The position numbers and the translations under genes are program-made. The notes under the pieces are model-generated. The model was given only the letters and a program-made list of their open reading frames with translations, had not been told where the DNA came from and searched no databases. DNA of 64,000 nt from a bacterium (GTDB lineage Bacteria > Zhuqueibacterota > Zhuqueibacteria > Residuimicrobiales > Krinioviventaceae). How positions within the stretch are numbered: the stretch's first letter is position 1; each line of letters opens with the position of its first letter. Location of the stretch: positions 5,056,001 to 5,120,000 of the forward strand of contig OY843751.1 in the NCBI GenBank assembly GCA_963693055.1. The letters are read 5' to 3'. This document shows positions 29,723-39,693 of the stretch, in pieces.

Positions 29723-30302
29723 ATTTCAATTCAATTTTAAAAGGCACTTTGAGTTTTTCCCATTGAAGAAACGCAGTTGCCGAGGTCCCGTCCAGATCTT
29801 CAAAGCCATAAACCAGCCATTCCTGATGAGGAGCAGCAACAGGAGTAACGTTAATTCTTAGCGCGTCTTGAGATTCATCATATTTATAACTGCCCCATGC
29901 GTCATTGACTTTATTAAAAATGACAACCCAATCGTTTTCAGAGGGAATCATATGAATGCTATATTTACCGGCTGGTAAATCTTTACCATTAACTTTGACA
30001 TCACTGCTAAAATCGATGGTGGTATTTTCATTAGCGCCGGCTCTCCAGGGAAAGTCCTTGTTATCTGAATATTTGTTGCCGGGATTCAAGCCATAAGGTA
30101 CCAAATCACCCCAAATGGTTCTGCCTTTAACTCCGGGACGACTATAATTGATGGTAACCTTGGCATCTACACCCAGGCTCTGAGATACTTTTGCGGCAAG
30201 GCTCTTGCGGATTTTTTTATCCTGAGCCAATGTAGTATTGCTTAACCCTACAAGCAATGCCACTGCCAGCAATAAAATGGTTAGAAATTTAACTCTTTTC
30301 AT
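29721..30302 (-). CDS. DUF2911 family secreted protein
   Basis: Signal peptide; INYSRPGVKGRTIWG.LVPYG, WRAGANENT, W..IFN, WG..Y; start at MKRVK with GGAGG RBS. Confidence 0.85.
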   Translation of the reverse strand: MKRVKFLTILLLAVALLVGLSNTTLAQDKKIRKSLAAKVSQSLGVDAKVTINYSRPGVKGRTIWGDLVPYGLNPGNKYSDNKDFPWRAGANENTTIDFSSDVKVNGKDLPAGKYSIHMIPSENDWVVIFNKVNDAWGSYKYDESQDALRINVTPVAAPHQEWLVYGFEDLDGTSATAFLQWEKLKVPFKIELK

Positions 30303-30409
30303 TATTCCTCCATGTGGAAATATTTCATATTTATTTAACGAATTTATTACAGCTTGTAACAACGATTTTGTAATTATTATTGCATTTCCTCAAGATTTCT
30401 ACGCAGGAA

Positions 30410-31417
30410 TCAATAAAAAGATTCAATACTGAAATAATAACCTAGACCAAAACTAACAGAAAAACATGTCTTGTTGTAAAAATCATCAACAATATCAAGA
30501 TTTTTAACATTATCGATAATAAAATATTTCTTGAATCCAACACTTGCATCTAGACCCAAGTAACGATTAATAATATAAATCAAGCCCAAATTCGTACCAA
30601 TACCCAATCCTCGTGAAGAAGATCCAACTCCCAATAGTTCATTATCTTTCTCATCAATAATCAAAATCTTTACAGGATCAACTGTACAACTCGCAACAAA
30701 ATAGGATTGTTTTAACCGCGTCCTGTAATAAAAAACAGGACTAAAAATAGATTGATATTTTATTTTATAATTGTAAAAACCAAAAGCCGGTAAATCCAGT
30801 GTATCAATCTCACTAAATACAATGCTCTGTTCAAAAGGTTGTACCCAGGAATGGCTTGAAAAACCAAAACCAAATTTCTCATGAAAATAATACCCAACCT
30901 CAATAGCTTTACCAGAACCCATATCAGAATCTTTATTTGTAACACTGCCTACTGGAAGTCTCTCAGAATATTCTGTAGGTAGACCTTTAAAAATATCAAA
31001 ATTCAACTTAACATAAAACGGATGAATTAATGATTCTTGTTTTCTTTTTTTTATCAATTCCGGAAGGTTATAGTCTTTGATGGACTTTATACTCTTTTTT
31101 TTGAGATATTGAATATCTATCATCTTGCCCTGTATTGTCTTTAATTCCAGAATTTCAGGATAAATATAAAACCGGGGAGGCTCAATGTCTTGGTATCTAC
31201 CCTTGACGGCTTGAAACAAAATACCTTCAATTGTTGTATCAATCAATTCACCATAACAATATTCGCCGTTTTTCAACAATAGCACTTTGGTCTTGGGTGA
31301 ATATAACACAGAATCAATGCGTGTATTTATATCAATGCCATATATTGTAGAAACGCTGCAAAAAACAACCAACAAACTAATAGCAGTAGATATTCTCATA
31401 ATCGTCCTCATTATCAT
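30410..31417 (-). CDS. Hypothetical outer-membrane protein (small beta domain + C-terminal beta-barrel), array member 4
   Basis: Signal peptide; LLLKNGE..YGELID...EGILF module; amphipathic strands ending SFGLGYYF. Confidence 0.65.
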   Translation of the reverse strand: MIMRTIMRISTAISLLVVFCSVSTIYGIDINTRIDSVLYSPKTKVLLLKNGEYCYGELIDTTIEGILFQAVKGRYQDIEPPRFYIYPEILELKTIQGKMIDIQYLKKKSIKSIKDYNLPELIKKRKQESLIHPFYVKLNFDIFKGLPTEYSERLPVGSVTNKDSDMGSGKAIEVGYYFHEKFGFGFSSHSWVQPFEQSIVFSEIDTLDLPAFGFYNYKIKYQSIFSPVFYYRTRLKQSYFVASCTVDPVKILIIDEKDNELLGVGSSSRGLGIGTNLGLIYIINRYLGLDASVGFKKYFIIDNVKNLDIVDDFYNKTCFSVSFGLGYYFSIESFY

Positions 31418-31421
31418 TCAA

Positions 31422-32303
31422 TTAGTTTATTTTAAAAATCAGACTTGAATTAATTGACAGTCTGGGTATATGGTTTATTGTGTCATTAAAAATAAAATCA
31501 GAAAAACCCGCATTTACCCCAATAGCAACATACGAGTTAAACCAGTATTCCAACCCCCAGTTTGTATAATACATCAAACCATCTTTCTCTACAGTATCGT
31601 CTCCAATCCCTTCTGGTTCAGTGATTATTACAGGAGAGATTGAAAGCATACCGGTCACTGCAACAGAAGCATTATCAAAATGGTTCCTATAGATCACTTC
31701 CGGCATTATTCCGACAAGAAAATTATCAGTTTCATAATTCATATAATAATTCATTTCCCGGTTTAGCGTGTATTGTGTTTTTAATGGCTCACGTAAATAA
31801 CGTAACCCAATACCAAAATGATTAACCATCATATGAACATCAAATGACAATGCAGCCCTAAAATCCACATACTTGACATCATAAAAATCCCGGGGTAAAC
31901 TTTTATTATTTAATATGGCAGGATCCATAACTCCATATTCGACTCTTAGAAAAAAGGAATGTTTTTGTTTTCCTGCCATTTCCTCTGTATCAACAGATGG
32001 GGCCTTGCGTTCATTAACGGATTTGATCTGCTTACTATTCTCAACATTATATTTGTTCTGCGTTAATTTTTTGATTGTTGATAGTGGGTAAAACTGCGGT
32101 TCGGGATCCGTAAAATCCGGCTGCACACCGGGATCAAAGTATATCCCTTCTTTATAAACCTCTAAAAGCTGGCCTTTTAACACAGTACCATCTTTTAATG
32201 TCAAAACATCATCTTTCATCTGCGTATTCATATCACTGGCATTTATTGATAACAACGTCCATAACACCAACACCATAATCATTGTAAATCGCATTTTTTT
32301 CAC
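31422..32303 (-). CDS. Hypothetical outer-membrane protein, array member 3
   Basis: Signal peptide; LTLKDGTVLKGQLLEVYKEGIYF module; GLEYWFNSYVAIG strands. Confidence 0.65.
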   Translation of the reverse strand: MKKMRFTMIMVLVLWTLLSINASDMNTQMKDDVLTLKDGTVLKGQLLEVYKEGIYFDPGVQPDFTDPEPQFYPLSTIKKLTQNKYNVENSKQIKSVNERKAPSVDTEEMAGKQKHSFFLRVEYGVMDPAILNNKSLPRDFYDVKYVDFRAALSFDVHMMVNHFGIGLRYLREPLKTQYTLNREMNYYMNYETDNFLVGIMPEVIYRNHFDNASVAVTGMLSISPVIITEPEGIGDDTVEKDGLMYYTNWGLEYWFNSYVAIGVNAGFSDFIFNDTINHIPRLSINSSLIFKIN

Positions 32304-32304
32304 C

Positions 32305-33690
32305 TCAGAAATAAAATTTTAATCCAGCAGATATATTCAAATGGGTTGCACTTAATGTTTCATCTGATTCTATCTGAATATCATTAAATTCAAACTCGTC
32401 AAATTTTCCCACAATCAGAGAAACGCCTACTCCCAAAGCCAGATTTTTATTCAACATTATATCTACTCCGGTTTGTAATCTAAAACCAATTGTTGTTTCT
32501 TCTATTGTTGCTTGAATACCTGCTATTCTTCCTTCATCAGTATAACTCAACATTCCCATCCCCACTGTTCCATAAACAACCACTCCTTCCGTATCAGTTG
32601 TACACAGGAATATTTGCCCGCCAACCAACTGGATACGTACATTATCCTTAACCAAACCAATATTCTTATAATAATTACCAATTTTAATCTTTTCATTACT
32701 CACAACAATAGCATTAGAAGACCAAAAATTTGAATAGAAAATTCCAAAAGCAATATTGGGCCTGCTAAAGAATACCAAATCAAGGCCCTCTATTTTACCG
32801 TTTTTTAATTCATCTGTATAGTCTTTCAAACTTTTCGGAGTATATTTTGAATCGTCTCCAATAATTTCACCCAATCCAAATTCAATTCCTATCCGAACTG
32901 GATGTATAGCTTTTCGTTCTTTTTTGAATGACGGATAAATTGTTTTATTCTCATGCACACCCCTACTTTTTATGTTTTCAGTCTTTTTTTTCCGGGCTGT
33001 AACAGAATCACCAGAGGTTGTATCAACAGTTGTAGAGACATTCAACATTAATGGTCGAGGTGCTATCCGGACTCCATTAGCAATCCGGATATCTGAATCC
33101 GGTATAAAAACTGTTTTGGATCCCTGAAACAGTCCCATGGCCCCTTTTTTAAAAACCATGCCCTCTGTATTGATTTCAAGGATCTCTCCCACCAGAGTCT
33201 CATTATTCTGCAAAACAATTGTAGACATATTGTGTGGTAAAAGAGTTAGATCCGTTAAATAATATTCTTTTTTTATTTCATTCTTTTTTACAACTGGCGT
33301 TTCTTTTACCGTATCAACTTTTGCTTTTTTAACATCACTCACTTTTTCAAACAAATAGCTTAAAAGCTGGGGATCTTTAATTTCTTTACCCTCGCCGATT
33401 GCGATACTGCCATCCGGGTGAACAATGATCTTGCCGTTTTGATCAATAAAGGTTAATATCTTGGCATAGGGTATAAATAGCTCTGTATCGGATTCAAATT
33501 GAATTCCTTTTGCCTTGTAATCGAGGACTGCTCTGTGCCAGACCTTTTCAGGATACTCTTTTAAAATTAACAATGGACAGTGAGGTTGCAGCAACTCTTG
33601 GTACATTTCCAACAATTCCGGATCTGTCTGAGCAAACCCTGTTTGAATAGCAATAAATAGAAATACTATTATCAATTTACCATAACTCAT
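32305..33690 (-). CDS. Hypothetical outer-membrane beta-barrel protein, array member 2
   Basis: Start MSYGK with AGGAG RBS; two copies of the N-terminal module; OmpA/OmpW-like barrel ending SAGLKFYF. Confidence 0.7.
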   Translation of the reverse strand: MSYGKLIIVFLFIAIQTGFAQTDPELLEMYQELLQPHCPLLILKEYPEKVWHRAVLDYKAKGIQFESDTELFIPYAKILTFIDQNGKIIVHPDGSIAIGEGKEIKDPQLLSYLFEKVSDVKKAKVDTVKETPVVKKNEIKKEYYLTDLTLLPHNMSTIVLQNNETLVGEILEINTEGMVFKKGAMGLFQGSKTVFIPDSDIRIANGVRIAPRPLMLNVSTTVDTTSGDSVTARKKKTENIKSRGVHENKTIYPSFKKERKAIHPVRIGIEFGLGEIIGDDSKYTPKSLKDYTDELKNGKIEGLDLVFFSRPNIAFGIFYSNFWSSNAIVVSNEKIKIGNYYKNIGLVKDNVRIQLVGGQIFLCTTDTEGVVVYGTVGMGMLSYTDEGRIAGIQATIEETTIGFRLQTGVDIMLNKNLALGVGVSLIVGKFDEFEFNDIQIESDETLSATHLNISAGLKFYF

Positions 33691-33755
33691 TATCCAACTC
33701 CTAGTCTGAATATTCTCTGTACTCCCAATTGTACTTGAAAAAAACAGATATACTA

Positions 33756-35066
33756 TCATTCATGTAAATAAAACCTTAACCCCATAGAAATGGATTGAAA
33801 AGAAGCACTAAACGTTTTCCCCAATTCTATATCTGTTTCCTTGTAATTTATTTCATCAAACCTGCCCAATACCATAGACACTGAACCGGATAATGCAATC
33901 ACATCATTAAACATATAATCAAATCCTGAACTGAATCGGGTACCCGGTAAATTCTTGTCAGAAATAATCTCTTTTTCATTCAATGTCCATATAATTTTAT
34001 ACTTGATTATTCCAGCACTCATGTCAGCCCACAAGATTGTATGATCTGACACCGACCCCCTGAAACAAAAGCCCGGACCGAAAAAAGCTATAGATATATG
34101 CTCATCACCCGTATCATATATCGCGTATTGATTATTTTGCTCATAGATCAAGTTAGAATTAAACAAAGCATTGTGTGATTTAAATAAAGAATAATCAAAT
34201 GACAAACCAAAATTCTGAGAAAAATAATATGCAATCTGGCCGTTAATGATTATACCATCAACATCATCTTCCCTGCCATAATACATCACTCCTGCATTAT
34301 ATTGGGCGTCCCGGGCGAGCAGGGGGCCTCTCCCCAATTCAAAACCGATCTTGAAAGGATTAATAACCGGTCTATCATCAAAACCATCAGGATATATTAC
34401 AATCGCATTTTCGGCATTCGCATCAGAACCCGTGCCTGCCGAGTTTTGTTGTTGTGTTTTTTCTGTTAATTCCTTATCAGAGAATATTGTCTGACCATTT
34501 ACAAATTTTAATGCGGATGCCTCAATAAAAACCGGTTCCGGATTACTAAACAATCCCCCATCGGGATCAAAAACAATTCCATCACTTTTAATTTCCACAA
34601 TCTTGCCCACCATGACCTGGCCATTCTTGAACTCTATTGTACTTTTATAACCCACTTTTGGCATTTCGATTTCATTAACCAGGTTCTTTTGCTTATACTC
34701 TTGATCCCTTTTTTCATTTTTCAACAAATCTAAAAGTCTGCCTATTAACTCGTTCTCTTTAAAATTATCACCTTGAGGTACTATCTCAAAATTTGCATCT
34801 TTATCTATCAATAAATACATTTCAGATATTGAAAAATATGATGCTTTTTGATCTCTTTTTAAATAGACAAAAATAATATCATCATCTTTGACAATTTTTT
34901 CAGCGGTAATAACCGAATCCGGATTTTGTTTCAAAATGAATAATGGACAATACCGAGATAATTCTTTCTTATAATCATCATGATTCATTGGGGCATCTTG
35001 AGTCAATCCTTCACCTGAAAGAACGACAAACATTGCAAATAGCAATCCTGCGATTTTATTCAACAT
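33756..35066 (-). CDS. Hypothetical outer-membrane beta-barrel protein, array member 1
   Basis: Signal peptide; CPLFILK and IEFKNGQVMVGKIVEIKSDGIVF modules; barrel ending SMGLRFYL. Confidence 0.7.
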   Translation of the reverse strand: MLNKIAGLLFAMFVVLSGEGLTQDAPMNHDDYKKELSRYCPLFILKQNPDSVITAEKIVKDDDIIFVYLKRDQKASYFSISEMYLLIDKDANFEIVPQGDNFKENELIGRLLDLLKNEKRDQEYKQKNLVNEIEMPKVGYKSTIEFKNGQVMVGKIVEIKSDGIVFDPDGGLFSNPEPVFIEASALKFVNGQTIFSDKELTEKTQQQNSAGTGSDANAENAIVIYPDGFDDRPVINPFKIGFELGRGPLLARDAQYNAGVMYYGREDDVDGIIINGQIAYYFSQNFGLSFDYSLFKSHNALFNSNLIYEQNNQYAIYDTGDEHISIAFFGPGFCFRGSVSDHTILWADMSAGIIKYKIIWTLNEKEIISDKNLPGTRFSSGFDYMFNDVIALSGSVSMVLGRFDEINYKETDIELGKTFSASFQSISMGLRFYLHE

Positions 35067-35187
35067 AATAACACCCCACTAAAAATTTTAAAAAATCATG
35101 CAGGCAAACTTCCCCTGACATTGCATTTCATCAAAAATATAGCAATTCATCTATTAAAACACAATAACTTATATATCCCCTAAAATG

Positions 35188-35216
35188 AAAAGGGCTGTCA
35201 ATTTTAGACAGCCCTT
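35188..35216 (-). terminator. Rho-independent terminator of the esterase gene
   Basis: AAGGGCTGTC-N7-GACAGCCCTT. Confidence 0.7.
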
Positions 35217-35220
35217 AAAA

Positions 35221-37080
35221 TTACTCGAGTAGTATAGCTTTTTGAAAGATCCTTGTATTGTCATGTTGAAATACCACATAATATACACCAGTGGGATAGT
35301 CCAGTTCCATCTTCCAGTTCAATTGCCACTGACCCGGATACAATTTCACATTCTCCCGGTGGAGCTGTCTGCCCAGTATATCAAAAATACGGATATCCGC
35401 TTCCATATTGTTATGCGCAGGTTCAAATTGTATGGTGGTATTTAATGTGCTGTTAAAAGGATTGGGATAAACCGAAATTAAATTCAAATTCTCAGGTACT
35501 TTATCGGTTTCAGCAACATCGGTTGTCTGGTACGAAAAAGATTCAACCTCAGACCACTCACTTGCGCCCAGACCGTTTATACTTTTAACCCGCCAGTAAT
35601 AGTCATGGCCGGATTCAACATCCAAAGACCAGCTGCATCCGGCTATCTCATTATCAAATACCAGATCAGCTTCTCCAAATGATGCATCTGTAGCAACCTG
35701 TAACTGATAATGTGTTGCTAATTTTTCATCCTGCCAGTTGAACGTAATCATTTCACCCATTGTTGCTTCTTCCGGTATAGGTGTGGCCGGTAAAACATCT
35801 AAATTTTCCGCAACCATATGGGTAGATACACTGTTCCACATTTTGGTATTAATGGCATATATCTCTTCATAATGCCCTTCGGTCTCTCCGGGAAAATCTA
35901 CATCCACTATTTCTTGTGGAATATCTGTTACGTTCAGCCTGGCAATCTCTACCTGGGGACCGTTCAACCCCTCTATGCTGTTGTAAAAATTGTCAGCATC
36001 CTGTACAAATCCCGGCATATCCAGAAACTCTCCTTCTTCGTTGAGAGATATAATCAGAAAAGGGGGTTGGTCAACGTTAATAAAATTACCGGGAGACGCG
36101 GCAAGCAGCACATCCTCTTCCCAACTGTCAAAGGTGTTCTGGCACAGTGTTTTATACCCCAATGCGTCAACGGCATCCAGTCCTAAAGGATTTGACGGCC
36201 AGATCACAAGATCATATAAATTATAAGCGCCACTCATCAGCACCGCGCTTTTGATCAAATCTGTAGACAATCCCAGTGACTCTAAATACGAACCATCTGT
36301 ACTCATCAGTGCGCATAAATGCGCGCCGGCGGACTGGCCCATAATGTGGATCGATTCAGGATCGCCACCATATTCGGCAATATGATCTACTACCCATGCA
36401 AAAGCCATTGCAACATCCATTACATGTGTGGGGTGCTTGGCATTCCAGGGATCAGACGACAACTGGTAATTTGCAATCACCGTTGTCACATTATAGTATC
36501 CTGCATAGGTATTTCCCAACTCCATATAGAGTTCCTTGTCGCCCTGCTTCCATGCCCCGCCATGGATAAACAACAACACGGGTGTATTGGTTTTATTTTT
36601 GGGTTGGTATACATCCAACTGATGCTTACCTCCGCCCTCAGCAGGAGATTCCGCGTAAGCGATATTAAAAGAGGCATCTACAAGATCCAGTACATACCGG
36701 GCTTGAACAATCTCACTGTTTTCCATCCCATCGGCAATGGCAACCGCCCGCACCGTGGCAGAATAAAAGGTTTGCGGCTCGGCCGCATCAGAGGGGGCAT
36801 TGTCGCTATTGCCGGTCAAGCTGTCACCGGTCACATGGTGATATAGTACAATAGGGCCGCCATCATACAACAGATCTGATTCATCCGGATCAGTACCATC
36901 AAGTGTATAATAAATTCTCGCATCGGGAGTGTTACAGGTCAGGCACAGGTTTATGGCCTGTTCATATTTTCCGGTTTCATGACTAAAGATTGGTGAAGAA
37001 ACTTGAGCAGCCAATACCCATTGCGTCAGGCATTGGAACAAAATCATAACAGCCCCTATTACTTTAATTTTTTTACACAT
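35221..37080 (-). CDS. Secreted alpha/beta-hydrolase (HSL/BD-FAE-like esterase) with chitobiase/Fn3-associated domain and T9SS-type CTD
   Basis: Signal peptide; IYYTLDGTDP; FIHGGAW oxyanion loop; GQSAG nucleophile; Fn3-like YYWRV; VYPNPFN...FDILGR...GVYYV...K CTD. Confidence 0.85.
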   Translation of the reverse strand: MCKKIKVIGAVMILFQCLTQWVLAAQVSSPIFSHETGKYEQAINLCLTCNTPDARIYYTLDGTDPDESDLLYDGGPIVLYHHVTGDSLTGNSDNAPSDAAEPQTFYSATVRAVAIADGMENSEIVQARYVLDLVDASFNIAYAESPAEGGGKHQLDVYQPKNKTNTPVLLFIHGGAWKQGDKELYMELGNTYAGYYNVTTVIANYQLSSDPWNAKHPTHVMDVAMAFAWVVDHIAEYGGDPESIHIMGQSAGAHLCALMSTDGSYLESLGLSTDLIKSAVLMSGAYNLYDLVIWPSNPLGLDAVDALGYKTLCQNTFDSWEEDVLLAASPGNFINVDQPPFLIISLNEEGEFLDMPGFVQDADNFYNSIEGLNGPQVEIARLNVTDIPQEIVDVDFPGETEGHYEEIYAINTKMWNSVSTHMVAENLDVLPATPIPEEATMGEMITFNWQDEKLATHYQLQVATDASFGEADLVFDNEIAGCSWSLDVESGHDYYWRVKSINGLGASEWSEVESFSYQTTDVAETDKVPENLNLISVYPNPFNSTLNTTIQFEPAHNNMEADIRIFDILGRQLHRENVKLYPGQWQLNWKMELDYPTGVYYVVFQHDNTRIFQKAILLE

Positions 37081-37436
37081 TACCTTTTACCTCAACATTA
37101 ATATTTATTTTGGGAATGTATACGGGATGTTACAAAAAAGCATGTGATTTAAATCAATATATTATTATTTATCGGCCTCCTTGTCATTTCTTTAAGAAAA
37201 AATGGAAGCAAATGCATGTTTCTATTGTCTAACTTGCAAATAACAGAAAAAACATCGCCACAACCATAAAAAAAATACTTCTTTTTACACCGAAAAAATT
37301 TCCTATTTCACACATAACTTTTTGTTTAATAGACCTATACGCAGCATTTCAAAAAAACATTTTCACTTTTAAAAAAGTTACGCTAAAAGAATGTTTCAAA
37401 AATCAGTTGACTAGAAAAAATAGAAATCATGGTGCT

Positions 37437-37643
37437 ATGAACAAAAGAAAAACCTATAGCGGAGAATTTAAAGCAAAGATCGTAAAAGAATGGATTTTAG
37501 GGGAAAAATCGCTTCAAGAACAGGCGATTCTGTACAATTTGCACCCAAATCAGATCAAAAACTGGAAATCTCCTCTTTTTTAGAATGCAGACCTGGTATT
37601 GGATGACCAGAGAAAAAACAGGACCCCGATCAAGAAGAAATGA
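37437..37643 (+). pseudogene. IS3-family transposase OrfA (HTH) remnant with in-frame TAG
   Basis: Manual translation MNKRKTYSGEFKAKIVKEWILGEKSLQEQAILYNLHPNQIKNWKSPLF*NADLVLDD...; the RK.YS.EFKAK.V / HPNQI..WK pattern is IS3 OrfA-like. TAG at 37581; no OrfB or IRs seen. Confidence 0.7.
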
Positions 37644-37697
37644 TGGCGTAACTTGTTAATTTATTTGTATCTACAAATACTCATTTTTATCCGGTTC

Positions 37698-37712
37698 TGG
37701 CATATCAGCTGC
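37698..37712 (+). promoter_or_regulatory. Sigma54-like promoter upstream of the EF-hand gene
   Basis: TGGCAT-ATCAG-CTGC (GG-N10-GC). Confidence 0.55.
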
Positions 37713-37891
37713 GTAAAACGGATTGTGCAAACTGTCAGAAACATCTACGACAGTGATCATCGATTGCAATCAAAACAACACAAATCCGTATTAATCATCA
37801 AAAGGCAGTAATGTTGTAATCTTGCTTGCAGACGAGAGGAATTGCAAGAACGGATTCAGCTTTTTACAACCTAAACAAAAGGAGTTGTAGA

Positions 37892-38545
37892 ATGATTAAC
37901 AACGCAAGTAGTATGAGCCAATATTCGGATATGACGAGTATGCGGTCCATGCAGGGAGGCAGAGACCCATCTCAGATGTTCAACAAAATGGACAGCGACG
38001 GTGACAAAAGTATTGGCCAGGCTGAATTTGAGCAGGCAGCTGCATAAATCTCAGAAATGACCGGCAATTCTATCAGTTATGAAGACGCATTAGCGACTTT
38101 TGATTCTGATGGAAACGGAACGTTTAGCGCTTCTGAAATGGATTCTTTTATGAAAGCAAGTGGACCCTCACCACCTCCTATGGACGGATCGTTTGCATTA
38201 CAAGGTTCTGAAAATGATACCATTCTCTCATTATTGAACCAACTCAATATGTCTCAACCACCTTCCCCGGAAGAGTCGTTTGCGCAGATTGACAGTAATG
38301 GTGAAGGTGGTATTGACGCAACTGAATTGCAATCCATGATGGAAGGTGTTTCAGAAAGTTCTGATTCAGACTTTTCAGCAAGTGACGCAATTGCAGAATA
38401 CAAAATAAACGGAGACGGAACACTTGATCAGAAAGAGATGGATGCGTTTATTCAAAACAACAGGCCTTCCTTCCAGGCACAGCAAACCGTTTCTGCTTAT
38501 GCCAGCAACACACTCGATACATTGTCGCAATTGATCAGCTCTTAA
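37892..38545 (+). pseudogene. Multi-EF-hand Ca-binding protein interrupted by an in-frame TAA
   Basis: AGGAG RBS + ATG 37892; loops DSDGDKSIGQAE, DSDGNGTFSASE, DSNGEGGIDATE, (K)INGDGTLDQKE; ORFs 37826..38047 and 38057..38545 are in the same frame, separated by TAA at 38045. Confidence 0.75.
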
Positions 38546-38601
38546 GCGATCAACACGGCCAATAATGCAGCAGTAAGCATTATTGCATAACACACCCCTC
38601 G

Positions 38602-38634
38602 TCCCCCGGTTCTTCGCCGGGGGATTAATTTTTT
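38602..38634 (+). terminator. Rho-independent terminator
   Basis: TCCCCCGG-ttcttcg-CCGGGGGA followed by a T-rich tail. Confidence 0.7.
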
Positions 38635-38710
38635 GGAACATTCCCCTATCCACTACGTATCAATAACCAATCCAACAGAAAAAAAACATATTATTGGGGA
38701 AAATCAATCT

Positions 38711-39646
38711 ATGAAGCAATCGGGCCGGTTCATTATGCTATGCATGCTTTATTTTTTTACCACCACACCACTTTTTAGCCAAATTATAGAATCACCCGAT
38801 CCGCAAACTCTAAACCCTGTCTTACAATTCGATTATTACAAGCATCCTTTGTATGAAGTGGATCCAATCAAAACAGATTATATAACCAATTTTGCGCTTG
38901 GAGGAATTTTAGATGGATCTCTATATGGCTTAATAGGCGGAATTGCACTGGCAGGCACAAGTAGCAGCAAAGGTGCTGAAGGCGAAATTACAAAATCAAT
39001 AACGTATACAATGGGAATAGTTGCAGGGTCTATACTTGGTGGGTATTGGGGTTATCGAAAGGGGGCCCAATATCAAAAACTGGCAGACACAAAACCCGGA
39101 TTTTATGGTACCCGGAGAAATTGGGGCTATTCCGTGCAAGGTAGTGCAAATCAGAGTTTTCAATTTTATGATGATTTGGGTACAAGCCTGGTTGTTCGTA
39201 AATGGTCACAAAAAAAATGGATACCTAATAAATTTTTCATCACTTTCAAAAAAGAAAATTACGATGGGGTGATCATTCCAAATAGTACTGGAAACTATAG
39301 TTACTGGGCTGAAGCAAAAAAAATCCAAGTAATGTTTCAATACAGTACAAAACCTGCATTCCAAAATATACATGCCGGATTTGGTCTTGGTTATGCGGAA
39401 GGTACATTTAATGAACGCTGGAATGTCATTGATTACGTGACAAATACTGAAACCAATGTTGTACCTATCCATACGCTATATTTTATCACCAATTTGGGAT
39501 TAGAGATAAACCTGGGTGATTTACTCTATTTACAAACGGATATAGAATATGATCCACTCGGTTTTTATAATCATCTTCAAGATTATCAATCATTTAACGA
39601 CCAACATCTCAAAGTGATTGTCAGAGTTGGTAGATTTATTTTCTAA
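38711..39646 (+). CDS. Hypothetical exported protein (glycine-zipper hairpin + beta-barrel-like C-terminus), paralogue 1
   Basis: Signal peptide; FDYYKHPLYE motif; GxxxG-rich hairpin; ends VRVGRFIF. Confidence 0.75.
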   Translation: MKQSGRFIMLCMLYFFTTTPLFSQIIESPDPQTLNPVLQFDYYKHPLYEVDPIKTDYITNFALGGILDGSLYGLIGGIALAGTSSSKGAEGEITKSITYTMGIVAGSILGGYWGYRKGAQYQKLADTKPGFYGTRRNWGYSVQGSANQSFQFYDDLGTSLVVRKWSQKKWIPNKFFITFKKENYDGVIIPNSTGNYSYWAEAKKIQVMFQYSTKPAFQNIHAGFGLGYAEGTFNERWNVIDYVTNTETNVVPIHTLYFITNLGLEINLGDLLYLQTDIEYDPLGFYNHLQDYQSFNDQHLKVIVRVGRFIF

Positions 39647-39693
39647 AATTAATTATCTTTGTATACAAGAGTACAATTTATAAGGATTCTATA

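Noticed and set aside
37726-37760. c-di-GMP-I riboswitch
   Set aside because: GCAAA plus a stem is present, but the GNRA-capped P2 and the following GCAAA/P3 consensus are absent; kept only as a generic structured leader.
37581-38047. Stop-codon reassignment or readthrough suggested by in-frame TAG and TAA
   Set aside because: Two different stops are involved; TAA, TAG and TGA all terminate intact genes elsewhere in the window; the context is a decaying IS remnant.
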